Shown here piece by piece: positions 26,907-36,004 of a stretch of 41,298 bases of DNA (position 1 is the first letter of the stretch; every line of letters starts with the position of its first letter). The notes beneath the pieces are model-generated. The model was given only the letters and a program-made list of their open reading frames with translations. It was not told the origin of the DNA and did not search any database. Origin of the DNA: an uncultured Clostridia bacterium (GTDB lineage Bacteria; Bacillota; Clostridia; Oscillospirales; CAG-272); the NCBI GenBank assembly GCA_947643245.1, contig CANRVI010000002.1, forward strand, positions 1 to 41,298, written 5' to 3'. The position numbers were made by a program, and so were the translations under genes.

Positions 26907-26927
26907 CCCTGCTTAGCCTTCAAGTAT

Positions 26928-27770
26928 TTAGTCTGCTTTTCCGTCTGAGCCGCAAAGCTGTATCTTGTGCTTACAAAGTGCAATTACAGCCTCTCTTGCC
27001 GGACCCATATATTTCTTAGGATCAATCATCCCTGCATCCTCCAAAGCGCTGCGCACTGCTTTTGTCGCTGCTGCACGCAGTTCTGTTGCAAAGTTTACTT
27101 TGTTGATTCCCAGTTCAATGGTACGGCGGATCATTTCGTCGGGAATGCCGGAACCTCCGTGCAGCACTAGAGGTGCATCGATTTTATCCCGCAGAGTCGC
27201 CAAAAGTTCAAAGTTCAGCTTCGGCTCTCCCTTATAGAAGCCATGAGCTGTCCCGATAGCAACAGCAAAAATATCCACGCCGGTACGGGTAAAGAAATCC
27301 ACTGCTTCTGCCGGATCGGTATATGCAATGTCTGCACTGCGTCCGTCTTCCTTGCCGCCTACTGTACCCAGTTCTGCCTCTACAGTAACACCACGGGCAG
27401 CAGCCATCTCCACTACCTTGCGGGTAAGTGTGATATTCTCTTCATAGGGCAGCTTGGAACCGTCGATCATTACGGAAGTGTATCCCTCCTGCACAGCATC
27501 CCGCACGCCCTCGAAGCTTTCACAGTGATCCAGATGAAGCGCTACCGGTACATCGGCAGCCTCTCCTTCAGCACGTACCATCGCCACTGCCTGACGCAGA
27601 GTAAGGTATTTTACTGTGGTAGGTGTAGTCTGAATCATCACAGGAGAGCGCATTTGACTGGCTGCTGCAACAATCGCCTGCACCATCTCCAGATTTTCTG
27701 CATTGAATGCAGGCACTGCATATCCCCCTGCACGGGCCTTTTGAATCATTTCTTTGCTTGTCGTATACAT
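26928..27770 (-). CDS. Class II ketose-bisphosphate aldolase family protein (FBA/TBP aldolase-like)
   Basis: GGYAVPAFNAENLEMVQA, the Zn-site block VALHLDHC, and LVLHGGSGIP. Confidence 0.85.
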   Translation of the reverse strand: MYTTSKEMIQKARAGGYAVPAFNAENLEMVQAIVAAASQMRSPVMIQTTPTTVKYLTLRQAVAMVRAEGEAADVPVALHLDHCESFEGVRDAVQEGYTSVMIDGSKLPYEENITLTRKVVEMAAARGVTVEAELGTVGGKEDGRSADIAYTDPAEAVDFFTRTGVDIFAVAIGTAHGFYKGEPKLNFELLATLRDKIDAPLVLHGGSGIPDEMIRRTIELGINKVNFATELRAAATKAVRSALEDAGMIDPKKYMGPAREAVIALCKHKIQLCGSDGKAD

Positions 27771-27851
27771 GTTTTTGGTACTCTATACCTTTCTTTGATT
27801 TTATGATAATTTCAGCATGGCTAAATACGGTATGCCTATACCGGCCAATGG

Positions 27852-28799
27852 TTATTCTAAAATATTGTCCGCAATCATTTTTTCTACGTTTTCCCGGGAA
27901 ATATCTCCTTCCATTGGACCAAAGGCAGCCGTATTAAGTGAGGCGGCAGCCGTAGCCATTTTGGCTGCGTCTTCAATGGACTTTCCCTCCAACAGAGCGC
28001 ATAGAAACGCACCGTCAAAACTGTCACCCGCTCCAGTAGCATCCAGCACGGGCACAGCATATACGCCAAATGCAAACTGTTTTTCCCTAGTATATATGAC
28101 GCATCCCTTTTTCCCATTTTTCAGCGCAATAATTTCCAAAGCAGGATGCACCCGAAATAGTTCCTGTACCGCTTCTTCAATATCCTGGCATCCGGAAAGC
28201 ATACGCAGTTCGCTTTTACCAGGCAGGAATACATTGGTCTGTTCCAATACCGCTGCAATAAGCTCCTTTGCCTCTGGGTCCTTCATCAGTTCCGGACGGA
28301 CATTGGGATCAAAGGATATCCTTGCGCCGGCAGCCTTAGCTGCCCGCATGGTTTCCACGATCCGGTGACCAAAAGCCATATCTGCCATAAGGGAACAGCC
28401 CATAATATGGAAAAATCCAAGACCTGCCAGCTTCTCCATTGATGGGGCAGGCGCCAGCACAGCAGGGGTGTTTCCAATATGAAAAATAAATTTTCTTTCT
28501 CCATCGGAGAAATATGTAACAAAGGCACATCCGGTGGAAATCCGATCATTTTTGATCACGGAAGAGCAGTCAACTCCATCTCCTTCCAGACGCTCCAAAA
28601 GACACTTTCCAAAATCATCGTCGCCTACACCGCCTACGATTGCGGCTCCATGACCCAACCGGGCTACTGTATCGATAAAAATAGCTGGTGCTCCAGAGGG
28701 ATATGGTCCACGGAACACGCCTGCCTTATCCAAGGGCTGATCCACACCGTCCCGCATGATCTCGACGATGATCTCCCCCATGGTCATAATTTCTGCCAT
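27852..28799 (-). CDS. PfkB-family sugar kinase
   Basis: MTMGEIIVEIM start, GGVGDDDFG, and the C-terminal anion-hole motif VLDATGAGDSFDGAF. Confidence 0.85.
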   Translation of the reverse strand: MAEIMTMGEIIVEIMRDGVDQPLDKAGVFRGPYPSGAPAIFIDTVARLGHGAAIVGGVGDDDFGKCLLERLEGDGVDCSSVIKNDRISTGCAFVTYFSDGERKFIFHIGNTPAVLAPAPSMEKLAGLGFFHIMGCSLMADMAFGHRIVETMRAAKAAGARISFDPNVRPELMKDPEAKELIAAVLEQTNVFLPGKSELRMLSGCQDIEEAVQELFRVHPALEIIALKNGKKGCVIYTREKQFAFGVYAVPVLDATGAGDSFDGAFLCALLEGKSIEDAAKMATAAASLNTAAFGPMEGDISRENVEKMIADNILE

Positions 28800-28827
28800 T
28801 GGTTTCTATCCTTTCTGCGCTCGCTGT

Positions 28828-29697
28828 TTAAGCGCCGACAAACTGTTTTTTTAAGAACACCAGAGAGTCTGCGATCATTTTGTCCATGCCCGCTTCATCT
28901 GCGCCGCCAGACAGGTCACGCCATACCTTAATGTCGCTGCCAACGGTGCCGCCGGATTTCATGAAGGGTTCCATAACAACCATCTTGTCATAGCCGATAT
29001 CACGCAGCGCCTGACCAATTTCGGCCCAGGGCAAGTGCCCCATGCCAGGCAATTTCCGGTTGCCCTCTCCCACATGTACATGGGCAAGAAGATTTCCAGC
29101 TTTTCGAATCGCACCAGGCAAATCATCTTCTTCAATATTCATATGGAAAGTATCTAAAAGAAGTTTTACTGAATTGCGGCCCACATCTTTGCAGAAGCGG
29201 ATGCCCTCTTCGCAATCAGTAAGCAGGATCGTTTCAAACCGGTTAAGAATCTCCAGACAGATGGTAATACCAAGGCGGTCTGCCTCATCTCCCACTTCCT
29301 GCATACCTTTAACTGCACGGTCCCACAGCGCATCTTTATCCAAATCCTTGAAATCATAGGGCCAGCAATTATACAGAGCACCGATCAAAGTATTACAGTC
29401 AATTTTAACCATCTGATGCATAATATCTACCAAAAACTGAACGCCGGCCTCACGAATTGCAGGATCTGCAGAAGATACGTCCTTATCTCTGGGAGGTCCA
29501 AGATTTGCGGAAATCTCCAGTCCCAGCTCTTTTGTTACGGTTCTCAGTTCGGCAAGCTGTGCGTCACTCATATTTACCAGATCACCGCCGCCAATTTCAA
29601 TAACATCAAAACCGGCTTTTTTCGCTTTTCTAGCCATTTCGCAGTAGTCTGCGCCCCAATTGCTTACCCAATAAGCATACAGTGTTCCAAATTTCAT
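28828..29697 (-). CDS. Ketose 3-epimerase (D-psicose/D-tagatose 3-epimerase family, TIM barrel)
   Basis: MKFGTLYAYW...AGFDVIEIGG, plus the four metal-ligand blocks of DPEase/DTEase: CLEILNRFE, LLDTFHMNIEE, HVHVGEGNRKLPG, VVMEPF. Close by eye to my recollection of Clostridium cellulolyticum DPEase. Confidence 0.85.
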   Translation of the reverse strand: MKFGTLYAYWVSNWGADYCEMARKAKKAGFDVIEIGGGDLVNMSDAQLAELRTVTKELGLEISANLGPPRDKDVSSADPAIREAGVQFLVDIMHQMVKIDCNTLIGALYNCWPYDFKDLDKDALWDRAVKGMQEVGDEADRLGITICLEILNRFETILLTDCEEGIRFCKDVGRNSVKLLLDTFHMNIEEDDLPGAIRKAGNLLAHVHVGEGNRKLPGMGHLPWAEIGQALRDIGYDKMVVMEPFMKSGGTVGSDIKVWRDLSGGADEAGMDKMIADSLVFLKKQFVGA

Positions 29698-29726
29698 TGT
29701 ATAATCCTTTCTTTCTTATATAATCT

Positions 29727-31766
29727 TTATCGTTGTCCATCAATCCCATACACAAACTGCATAGGGCTGACAGCAAGAGAAAAAGCTTTTTCAAGGCCGG
29801 TCTGGTTATATGTCACCGGAATACCAAGTTCGTTCACCATATCATACCATGTCCGGTATCCAGCCGCATAGGCTTCGCGCTGCGCTTCTGTACCATTTTT
29901 ATACTGATCCTCATATGTAGCGCTGTACCCCAAAAACAGCATATGTACCGACAAACGCCGGACATTTTCCCGCTCCCAGTCTGTCTCACAGGCTGACATA
30001 GCCTTTGCAAACAGTTCCTGCATCGTATCAAAGTGGGCTGCAAAATAGCTTTTTGAATAGATGTCAAAAGGATATTCATAGTCGTTGAGAACACAGCCCA
30101 TTTCGTCTCCAGCCTGGATGAGCATTTGAATATATGTATATATATGCGACCAGCCCGGTCCGTAATATGCTCGTAAATATTCTTCCATACGCAGGATGTA
30201 TTCTTCCTCTACCATACCGCCGTCCCACATAAGCTCAGAAAGAAGATATGCGTCCAGTCCCTCAAAAGAACTGCCGGCCGTGCCGACTACATAAAAACCG
30301 GTGGCTTTATGTTCCATAAACCAGACAAAGTCATTATATAGATTGGCAAGATTAGGCTGCGGACACAGCAAATAATAAATGTTTGTAGGATAGTACCAAA
30401 TATAAGTCTGCGAACAGTGCTCTGTCCATCCAAGATAATAGGCTTCTTCCTTGATATTGGAGTAGCCTAGACCGTTACCGCCCGCTTCACATTCCCCGCT
30501 GCCTATAGGATGGTTTGCACATCCATTCCAACAATACAGCAGTACGACTTCCTCATTCAGTACTGCATCTCTTGGCGGAATACGCACATCTCCATAGGCG
30601 TTGGTAATTACCCGAATGCCTGGGTACTCCTGGCGCAAGGCATCGTCAATTCGATTTACAAAGGGCACCAATACACCGGCCTGGCTTCCCTCTGCCTGAT
30701 AGGTAGCGCTGCACTCTGCACACACGCAAAATCGCCCCTCAGCAGAATAGGCACAGGAAATTTCTGTAATATCCTTCCCTACAACACCTCCGGCGGCAAT
30801 CCGCTCATCCAATAACTTTTTCATATTAAAAAGGCAGGTTTCATAAGAGGTTTCTGATGACAGACAAGGCACAGCTGCATCTGGAATAAAGTAGTCCAGG
30901 GAATGTGCGTTCAAAAACAGACGCTGAATTCCGTATCCATACTCTGGACGTAGCATACTGGATTGGGCGCTGCATCCGCTAAGCTTGCGTTTAATTACGG
31001 AAGAATATGTATAATCATTTTTAAAAGGATCGATGGTTACACAGCGATATCGTACCGAAGGAACCTGTTCGTCACGCATTCCATTTGGCAGATCCACCGT
31101 TTGGGCTGTATACAGCACTTTGTCGTCATACCCTAAAAATCGGTAGCCAACATATTCCTCCAACAGTTCGTATACACCATACATCACGCCTCTTGCAGCG
31201 CCGCCCATTATAGTCAGTATTCCATCAGAAACAGAAATGGAAAATCCGTCGTCTCCTAAATTGCGGGATCCGTCATCGGCGCATAGTACAATTTGATAGG
31301 GAGCAGAGGAGGTGCCCGCAGCAATGGGAAGTGTTCTGCCGCAGGCTTCCTTTACATATTTTTGCAGTTCCTGGGCTGCAAACACAATATTAGCGTTGTC
31401 GGGGTCTGCTGCCAAAATGGTATATTTCCCGATATTTTTTCCCGCAATAGTGATAGTTCCAACATTGGTATCGGGCACGGGATATTTTTCCGTTATATCA
31501 ATTGCTCCAGCCAAATGCAGTTTGAGCATCAAGCTATCCATCGCAAGTACCTCACCGTCTCCATCCACATCGGCAAGATCCAGTTCAATCCAATCAATTG
31601 CATTGGCAAGATATTTCATCAATTCCAAAGCGTCCAAAGGTGTCAATTCACCATCTTCGTCAATATCCCCCCGCACAAAGGATGCCGCACCAGCCGGCAC
31701 GGCAACAACAACAGCTGAGAGGAGCATGGAAAGAACCAGGAGAGCAGAAATCAGCTTTTTTTTCAT
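29727..31766 (-). CDS. Secreted dockerin-containing DUF4838-like protein (putative glycoside hydrolase-like)
   Basis: Signal peptide MKKKLISALLVLSMLLSAVVVAVPAGAA. Dockerin DIDEDGELTPLD / DVDGDGEVLAMD. Then a large domain with a CAYSAEGRFCVCAECSATYQAEGSQAGVLVPFVNRI block that I associate with DUF4838. The family assignment is from memory. Confidence 0.6.
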   Translation of the reverse strand: MKKKLISALLVLSMLLSAVVVAVPAGAASFVRGDIDEDGELTPLDALELMKYLANAIDWIELDLADVDGDGEVLAMDSLMLKLHLAGAIDITEKYPVPDTNVGTITIAGKNIGKYTILAADPDNANIVFAAQELQKYVKEACGRTLPIAAGTSSAPYQIVLCADDGSRNLGDDGFSISVSDGILTIMGGAARGVMYGVYELLEEYVGYRFLGYDDKVLYTAQTVDLPNGMRDEQVPSVRYRCVTIDPFKNDYTYSSVIKRKLSGCSAQSSMLRPEYGYGIQRLFLNAHSLDYFIPDAAVPCLSSETSYETCLFNMKKLLDERIAAGGVVGKDITEISCAYSAEGRFCVCAECSATYQAEGSQAGVLVPFVNRIDDALRQEYPGIRVITNAYGDVRIPPRDAVLNEEVVLLYCWNGCANHPIGSGECEAGGNGLGYSNIKEEAYYLGWTEHCSQTYIWYYPTNIYYLLCPQPNLANLYNDFVWFMEHKATGFYVVGTAGSSFEGLDAYLLSELMWDGGMVEEEYILRMEEYLRAYYGPGWSHIYTYIQMLIQAGDEMGCVLNDYEYPFDIYSKSYFAAHFDTMQELFAKAMSACETDWERENVRRLSVHMLFLGYSATYEDQYKNGTEAQREAYAAGYRTWYDMVNELGIPVTYNQTGLEKAFSLAVSPMQFVYGIDGQR
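31506..31670 (-). other. Dockerin type-I-like module
   Basis: GDIDEDGELTPLDALELMKYLAN...LADVDGDGEVLAMDSLMLKLHLAG. Confidence 0.75.
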
Positions 31767-31955
31767 AACAATCTCCCCAAATCATTTTTATAATTTTTCC
31801 TGTACAAAACGGCAATACAGTAAATACACACTGGTTTTATAGTGAAAAAGTCTACTTTTATTATAATATACCTTCCTGTTTTTTTCAATAGTTTTTCCCC
31901 TAACTGCCATAGAAAATCCTCTGTCTTGCAAGGCACAGTTTGATTGTAACGCCGG

Positions 31956-31985
31956 TTGACAAGCATACGCATATTTTGTTATAAT
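31956..31985 (+). promoter_or_regulatory. Candidate sigma-A promoter (extended -10)
   Basis: TTGACA (31956-31961), 18 bp, TGtTATAAT (31977-31985). Confidence 0.55.
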
Positions 31986-32016
31986 ATGGGTAGTTATTTA
32001 TAAAGGGGAAATCTGT

Positions 32017-32760
32017 ATGGACCAAAACGATCGCAAATGTGCACACATCAATTTTGCATCCACTCCAGGCACTCCTCTGCTGTTCTGTACACCTGCACAA
32101 GCGACTGCCCTACTTTGCGAAGAACGTAACCCTGTTTTCCTGGTGCGCCATGGTCTCACTGCATGGAACATGCAGATGCGACTACAAGGCAGGGAAGATA
32201 TCCCTCTAAATGAAGAGGGCCGAGAGCAGGCGCTATACTGCGCTTCTTTCTTGGGAAAAACACTTATTAACAGCAAACTGAAAACGCAAAAGGTATATAG
32301 TTCGCCTCTAATACGGGCTTACGATACGGCCTCTTATATCTGTGACAGTCTTAGTGTGGAAGGCCCTACTATTGAAGAGGGACTGATTGAGCGGGACTAT
32401 GGCTCCCTGTCTGGACTGACCCCCGAGAAAAAGAAAGAAATTTATCCCACGCCAGCCGAATATCCCAAAGATGTCGAAAGTATTCCCCATGCTGCCCGAC
32501 GCATGAAACGTACTCTTTCTCAGCTGTGTCTTACAAGCGACGAAGGGCTTATCGTGGCTGTAACGCATGGAGGTATTATGAACGCTTTGTTCTCCTCTTT
32601 GACTGGAGGCAGGGCTGGTCTAGGGCCAAATATCACGCGAAACTGTACAGTTGCTATGGTTGCTGTTGGGAAATATGATGTAATTCCATTATCTTTTAAT
32701 TTGACGGCTCATGTTTTTCCTGAGTATGTAAGCGAAATCAATTTCCCCATGTCTGTATAA
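32017..32760 (+). CDS. Histidine phosphatase (phosphoglycerate mutase-like) family protein with a ~38-aa N-terminal extension
   Basis: VFLVRHGLTAWN (RHG motif), a second catalytic His in AVTHGGIM, and AAAGGGG SD before ATG 32017. Confidence 0.8.
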   Translation: MDQNDRKCAHINFASTPGTPLLFCTPAQATALLCEERNPVFLVRHGLTAWNMQMRLQGREDIPLNEEGREQALYCASFLGKTLINSKLKTQKVYSSPLIRAYDTASYICDSLSVEGPTIEEGLIERDYGSLSGLTPEKKKEIYPTPAEYPKDVESIPHAARRMKRTLSQLCLTSDEGLIVAVTHGGIMNALFSSLTGGRAGLGPNITRNCTVAMVAVGKYDVIPLSFNLTAHVFPEYVSEINFPMSV

Positions 32761-32773
32761 ATTTATTTAAATA

Positions 32774-32805
32774 AAAAGCGCCCCGCTACGGTGGGACGCT
32801 TTTTA
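32774..32805. terminator. Bidirectional terminator-like hairpin (one bulge)
   Basis: AAAAAGCGCCCC..GGTGGGACGCTTTTT, with A- and T-runs on either side, between convergent genes. Confidence 0.6.
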
Positions 32806-32845
32806 TTTATTGAACAGGTTCATAGGATCCACAAAACTGCGAATT

Positions 32846-34018
32846 TTATCGCAGGCGGACTAAGCGGTGTATTTCATTGTCCAATACATCTGCAAATTGC
32901 GAAATCTCTTCCTCTGTATTCTGATGGGACAGGCTGATACGCAGAGAGCAATCCGCCTCGCGCTGGGTTAGCCCAAATGCCAAAAGAGTGGGGCTTATCT
33001 TTTTTGTTCGGGCGCTACAGGCGCTTCCCGCGCTGACGCAGATACCCGCAGCAGATAACGCCCGCAGCATCACTTCGCTTTTAATATCGGGAAGTGTTAT
33101 ATTGACAATAGCATCCACACCGTTTTTGGGCGCATTGATTTGTACCAACGAATGCAGTTTTTCCAAAAGAACAGTACGCAGGCGATGTAATACCTGAGCT
33201 CGCGTCTCTGCCTCCTGCATTCCCTCTAAAGCGGCTGCGCCAAAAGCGGCGATTGCCGGAACATTCTCCGTCCCGCTGCGCAATCCTCCCTCCTGGCCAC
33301 CGCCCATAAGCAAGGGAATGATCCGTTTTCCACGAAGCATTTCCGGAGAAATGTACAACGCCCCTGCACCTTTAGGAGCGTATATCTTGTGGGCGCTGAC
33401 CGATAACAGATCCACTCCCAGAGCAGCCGGTGTGACGGGAATGCGCATATACGCCTGCACTGCATCGCAGTGCACCACGGCTCCGGGACTATTCTGGCGG
33501 ACAATGTCCACTGCGGTTCGGATCGGATACAGAGCTCCGGTCTCATTGTTTACCAACATCATAGACGCCAAAATTACGCTACCGTCTGCTTCCTGCTCCA
33601 AATATTCCAAATCCAGCGCCCCATTCCGGGTTGGAACGCGCACTACAGTAAATCCATCTAATTCCAATCTTGCAGCGGTGTTTTCAACGGAGGGATGTTC
33701 TCCTTCCGTAATAAGAATCTTTCCTCTGCTTCCGTTTTTCTCTGGCCTATTTTTGGCATGGACAGTTCCCCAAATTGCTTGGTTATTTGCTTCCGTTCCA
33801 CAGGAACAAAATAAAACTTGCCCGTCTGTCTGCCGTCGCACTCCCAAAGATGCTGCCACATGCCGCCTTGCTTCTTCCAACAGACGATGGGCATCTATTC
33901 CAATCCGGTGGACGGAACCAGGATTTCCATAACATATGCACAAGGCTTCCCGCATTTTCTGCAGGGAAGCCTCTGAGGGTTTTGTCGTTGCGCTGTTATC
34001 CAAATAAATTTCTCTCAT
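32846..34018 (-). CDS. Cysteine desulfurase (NifS/IscS-like class V aminotransferase)
   Basis: IYLDNSATTKP, the PLP-lysine block SVSAHKIYAPKG, and the catalytic Cys loop VSAGSACSA. Confidence 0.88.
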   Translation of the reverse strand: MREIYLDNSATTKPSEASLQKMREALCICYGNPGSVHRIGIDAHRLLEEARRHVAASLGVRRQTDGQVLFCSCGTEANNQAIWGTVHAKNRPEKNGSRGKILITEGEHPSVENTAARLELDGFTVVRVPTRNGALDLEYLEQEADGSVILASMMLVNNETGALYPIRTAVDIVRQNSPGAVVHCDAVQAYMRIPVTPAALGVDLLSVSAHKIYAPKGAGALYISPEMLRGKRIIPLLMGGGQEGGLRSGTENVPAIAAFGAAALEGMQEAETRAQVLHRLRTVLLEKLHSLVQINAPKNGVDAIVNITLPDIKSEVMLRALSAAGICVSAGSACSARTKKISPTLLAFGLTQREADCSLRISLSHQNTEEEISQFADVLDNEIHRLVRLR

Positions 34019-34029
34019 ATATTTACGCC

Positions 34030-34557
34030 TTACTTAAATGCAAAATGCTCCAGCACCAGATCCAGTTCATCCAAATGATCCTCATAATACTTCGGGGTGG
34101 AAGTGTAGGTAATATAATATACATAGTTTTCTCGTACAGCAGCAACAATTATATATTGATATTCCTTTTCGTTCAGCGTTGCATCAAATGCATATTTCAT
34201 TCCATCGACGCCGCCTAATACCGTCTTTTCTTCCGCGGTCACTTCCATTTCTTCATAGATACTTGCAAACTGTTCCGCATAGCTTTCCCACCAAGAAGAA
34301 ACAGTATCGTCCGTCATATTCATGCCGAATGCTGTAACGGATATGCTGGTGGCATCTCCGGATGAAAAGTAGGCAGCGGCGTAAAGTGAGGATTTATCCA
34401 CGCGCCAACCTTCCGGTACGTAAAACAGATAATCCGCATCTTCCGATGAGGCAAGCTGCATACCAGCGGGAACACTCGAATCCTGTTTTTCACACCCACC
34501 CAGAACCATACTTAGGGCAAGCAGAAGCGTCACCAGAAAAAATCCTGTTTTCTTCAT
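34030..34557 (-). CDS. Hypothetical lipoprotein
   Basis: MKKTGFFLVTLLLALSMVLGGC has a lipobox (LGGC). GGAGG SD before ATG 34557. I recognise no domain with confidence. Confidence 0.6.
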   Translation of the reverse strand: MKKTGFFLVTLLLALSMVLGGCEKQDSSVPAGMQLASSEDADYLFYVPEGWRVDKSSLYAAAYFSSGDATSISVTAFGMNMTDDTVSSWWESYAEQFASIYEEMEVTAEEKTVLGGVDGMKYAFDATLNEKEYQYIIVAAVRENYVYYITYTSTPKYYEDHLDELDLVLEHFAFK

Positions 34558-34601
34558 CGTTATATCCTTACCTCCTTTGGATTCAAGCAAACTGCCCCCA
34601 C

Positions 34602-35846
34602 TTACTCATAGATAGGATATTGCTTGCAAATCTGTGTAACTGCGTCCCGGATATAATCTGCTTTTGCATCAAAATCTGTTGCTGCCAAAGCCATCAGGTT
34701 GGCTAAGGTCTTCATCTCAGAAACGCCCAGACCGCGCGTCGTCACTGCCGGCGTACCAACACGGATACCGCTGGTGACAAAAGGCTTTTCCGGATCGTTG
34801 GGAATGGAATTTTTATTAACCGTGATATACACCTGATCCAGTCTCTGCTCCATTTCTTTGCCAGTAATATGCATAGGCCGCAGGTCAACTAGCATCAAAT
34901 GGTTGTCCGTTCCCCCGGATACTAAATCAAAGCCCTCTGCAAGAAGCCCCTCTGCAAGAGCCTTTGCGTTTTCTACAATTTTTTTCTGATATTCCTTAAA
35001 AGTAGGATCCAAAGCTTCCCCAAAACAAACAGCTTTGGAGGCAATGATATGCTCCAGCGGACCGCCCTGCATACCAGGGAACACCGCTTTATTTATCTTC
35101 TTTGCTATCTCTTCGTCATTACAAAGAATCAATCCGCCTCTGGGACCGCGCAGTGTCTTGTGGGTTGTCGTGGTAACTACATCCGCATAAGGTATCGGAG
35201 AAGGATGAAGCCCTGCCGCAACCAGACCGGCAATATGCGCCATGTCCACCATAAACATAGCGCCTACGTTTTTAGCAATTTTAGAAATCCGCTCAAAATC
35301 AATGGTTCTAGCATATGCAGACGCGCCGGCGATGATCAATTTGGGAGTGCATTCTTTTGCGGTCTTTTCCATTACATCATAATCAATAAAGCCATTTTCG
35401 TCTACGCCGTAGGGAACAAAATTATAATTTATGCCGGAAAAGTTTACAGGGCTGCCATGAGTCAGGTGACCGCCATGTGCCAGGTTCATGCCCATAACGG
35501 TATCCCCATGAGAAAGCAGCGCCATATAAACGGCGGTATTAGCCTGTGCGCCAGAGTGAGGCTGCACATTAGCGAAGTTTGCGCCAAAAAGCTTGCAGGC
35601 ACGCTGAATGGCAATAGTTTCAATTACATCCACGCATTCGCAGCCACCATAATATCTGCGTCCTGGGTAGCCTTCTGCATATTTATTTGCAGGTGGAGTT
35701 GCCATTGCGAGCATGACAGCTTCCGAAATCATATTTTCGCTGGCGATCAGCTCCAAGCCTCTTTTTTCCCGCTGCAATTCTGCGGCAACAGCATTACCGA
35801 TCTCTGGATCTGCCTTTTGAAGTTTTTCAATTACTGACTGAACCAT
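34602..35846 (-). CDS. glyA: Serine hydroxymethyltransferase
   Basis: [23 protein letters not shown], and the PLP-lysine block [16 protein letters not shown]. Confidence 0.95.
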   Translation of the reverse strand: MVQSVIEKLQKADPEIGNAVAAELQREKRGLELIASENMISEAVMLAMATPPANKYAEGYPGRRYYGGCECVDVIETIAIQRACKLFGANFANVQPHSGAQANTAVYMALLSHGDTVMGMNLAHGGHLTHGSPVNFSGINYNFVPYGVDENGFIDYDVMEKTAKECTPKLIIAGASAYARTIDFERISKIAKNVGAMFMVDMAHIAGLVAAGLHPSPIPYADVVTTTTHKTLRGPRGGLILCNDEEIAKKINKAVFPGMQGGPLEHIIASKAVCFGEALDPTFKEYQKKIVENAKALAEGLLAEGFDLVSGGTDNHLMLVDLRPMHITGKEMEQRLDQVYITVNKNSIPNDPEKPFVTSGIRVGTPAVTTRGLGVSEMKTLANLMALAATDFDAKADYIRDAVTQICKQYPIYE

Positions 35847-35897
35847 TATTATATCTTCCCTTCATTTTCGTTTTTTACTTCTTATAATAATACCTTT

Positions 35898-35926
35898 ATT
35901 ATACAGGATGTACTATCGCTTTGCAA
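35898..35926 (-). promoter_or_regulatory. Candidate glyA promoter
   Basis: Minus strand reads TTGCAA (35921-35926), 17 bp, TATAAT (35898-35903). Confidence 0.5.
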
Positions 35927-35959
35927 CAGAATTTTATGAACATCAGAAGGATTTTGCAC

Positions 35960-35995
35960 AAAAAAAGCCGCAGGTTTTTACCCGCGGCTTTTTAT
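35960..35995 (-). terminator. Rho-independent terminator of the cohesin-repeat protein gene
   Basis: AGCCGCAGG (35966-35974) pairs with CCCGCGGCT (35981-35989) with one mismatch. Flanked by A- and T-runs. Confidence 0.75.
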
Positions 35996-36004
35996 TCTAA
36001 AAAT

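Noticed and set aside
27828-27843. Small hairpin CGGTAT-GCCT-ATACCG between the kinase and aldolase genes
   Set aside because: It has only a 6-bp stem and no U-run, which is too weak to call a terminator or processing site.
27243-28368. 187-aa and 183-aa plus-strand ORFs opposite the aldolase and kinase genes
   Set aside because: They are shadow ORFs. The minus-strand frames carry HLDH/LHGGSG and DATGAGD motifs.
35049-35837. 262-aa plus-strand ORF opposite glyA
   Set aside because: glyA on the minus strand is unmistakable (PLP-lysine block, full length), and the antisense translation has no recognisable features.
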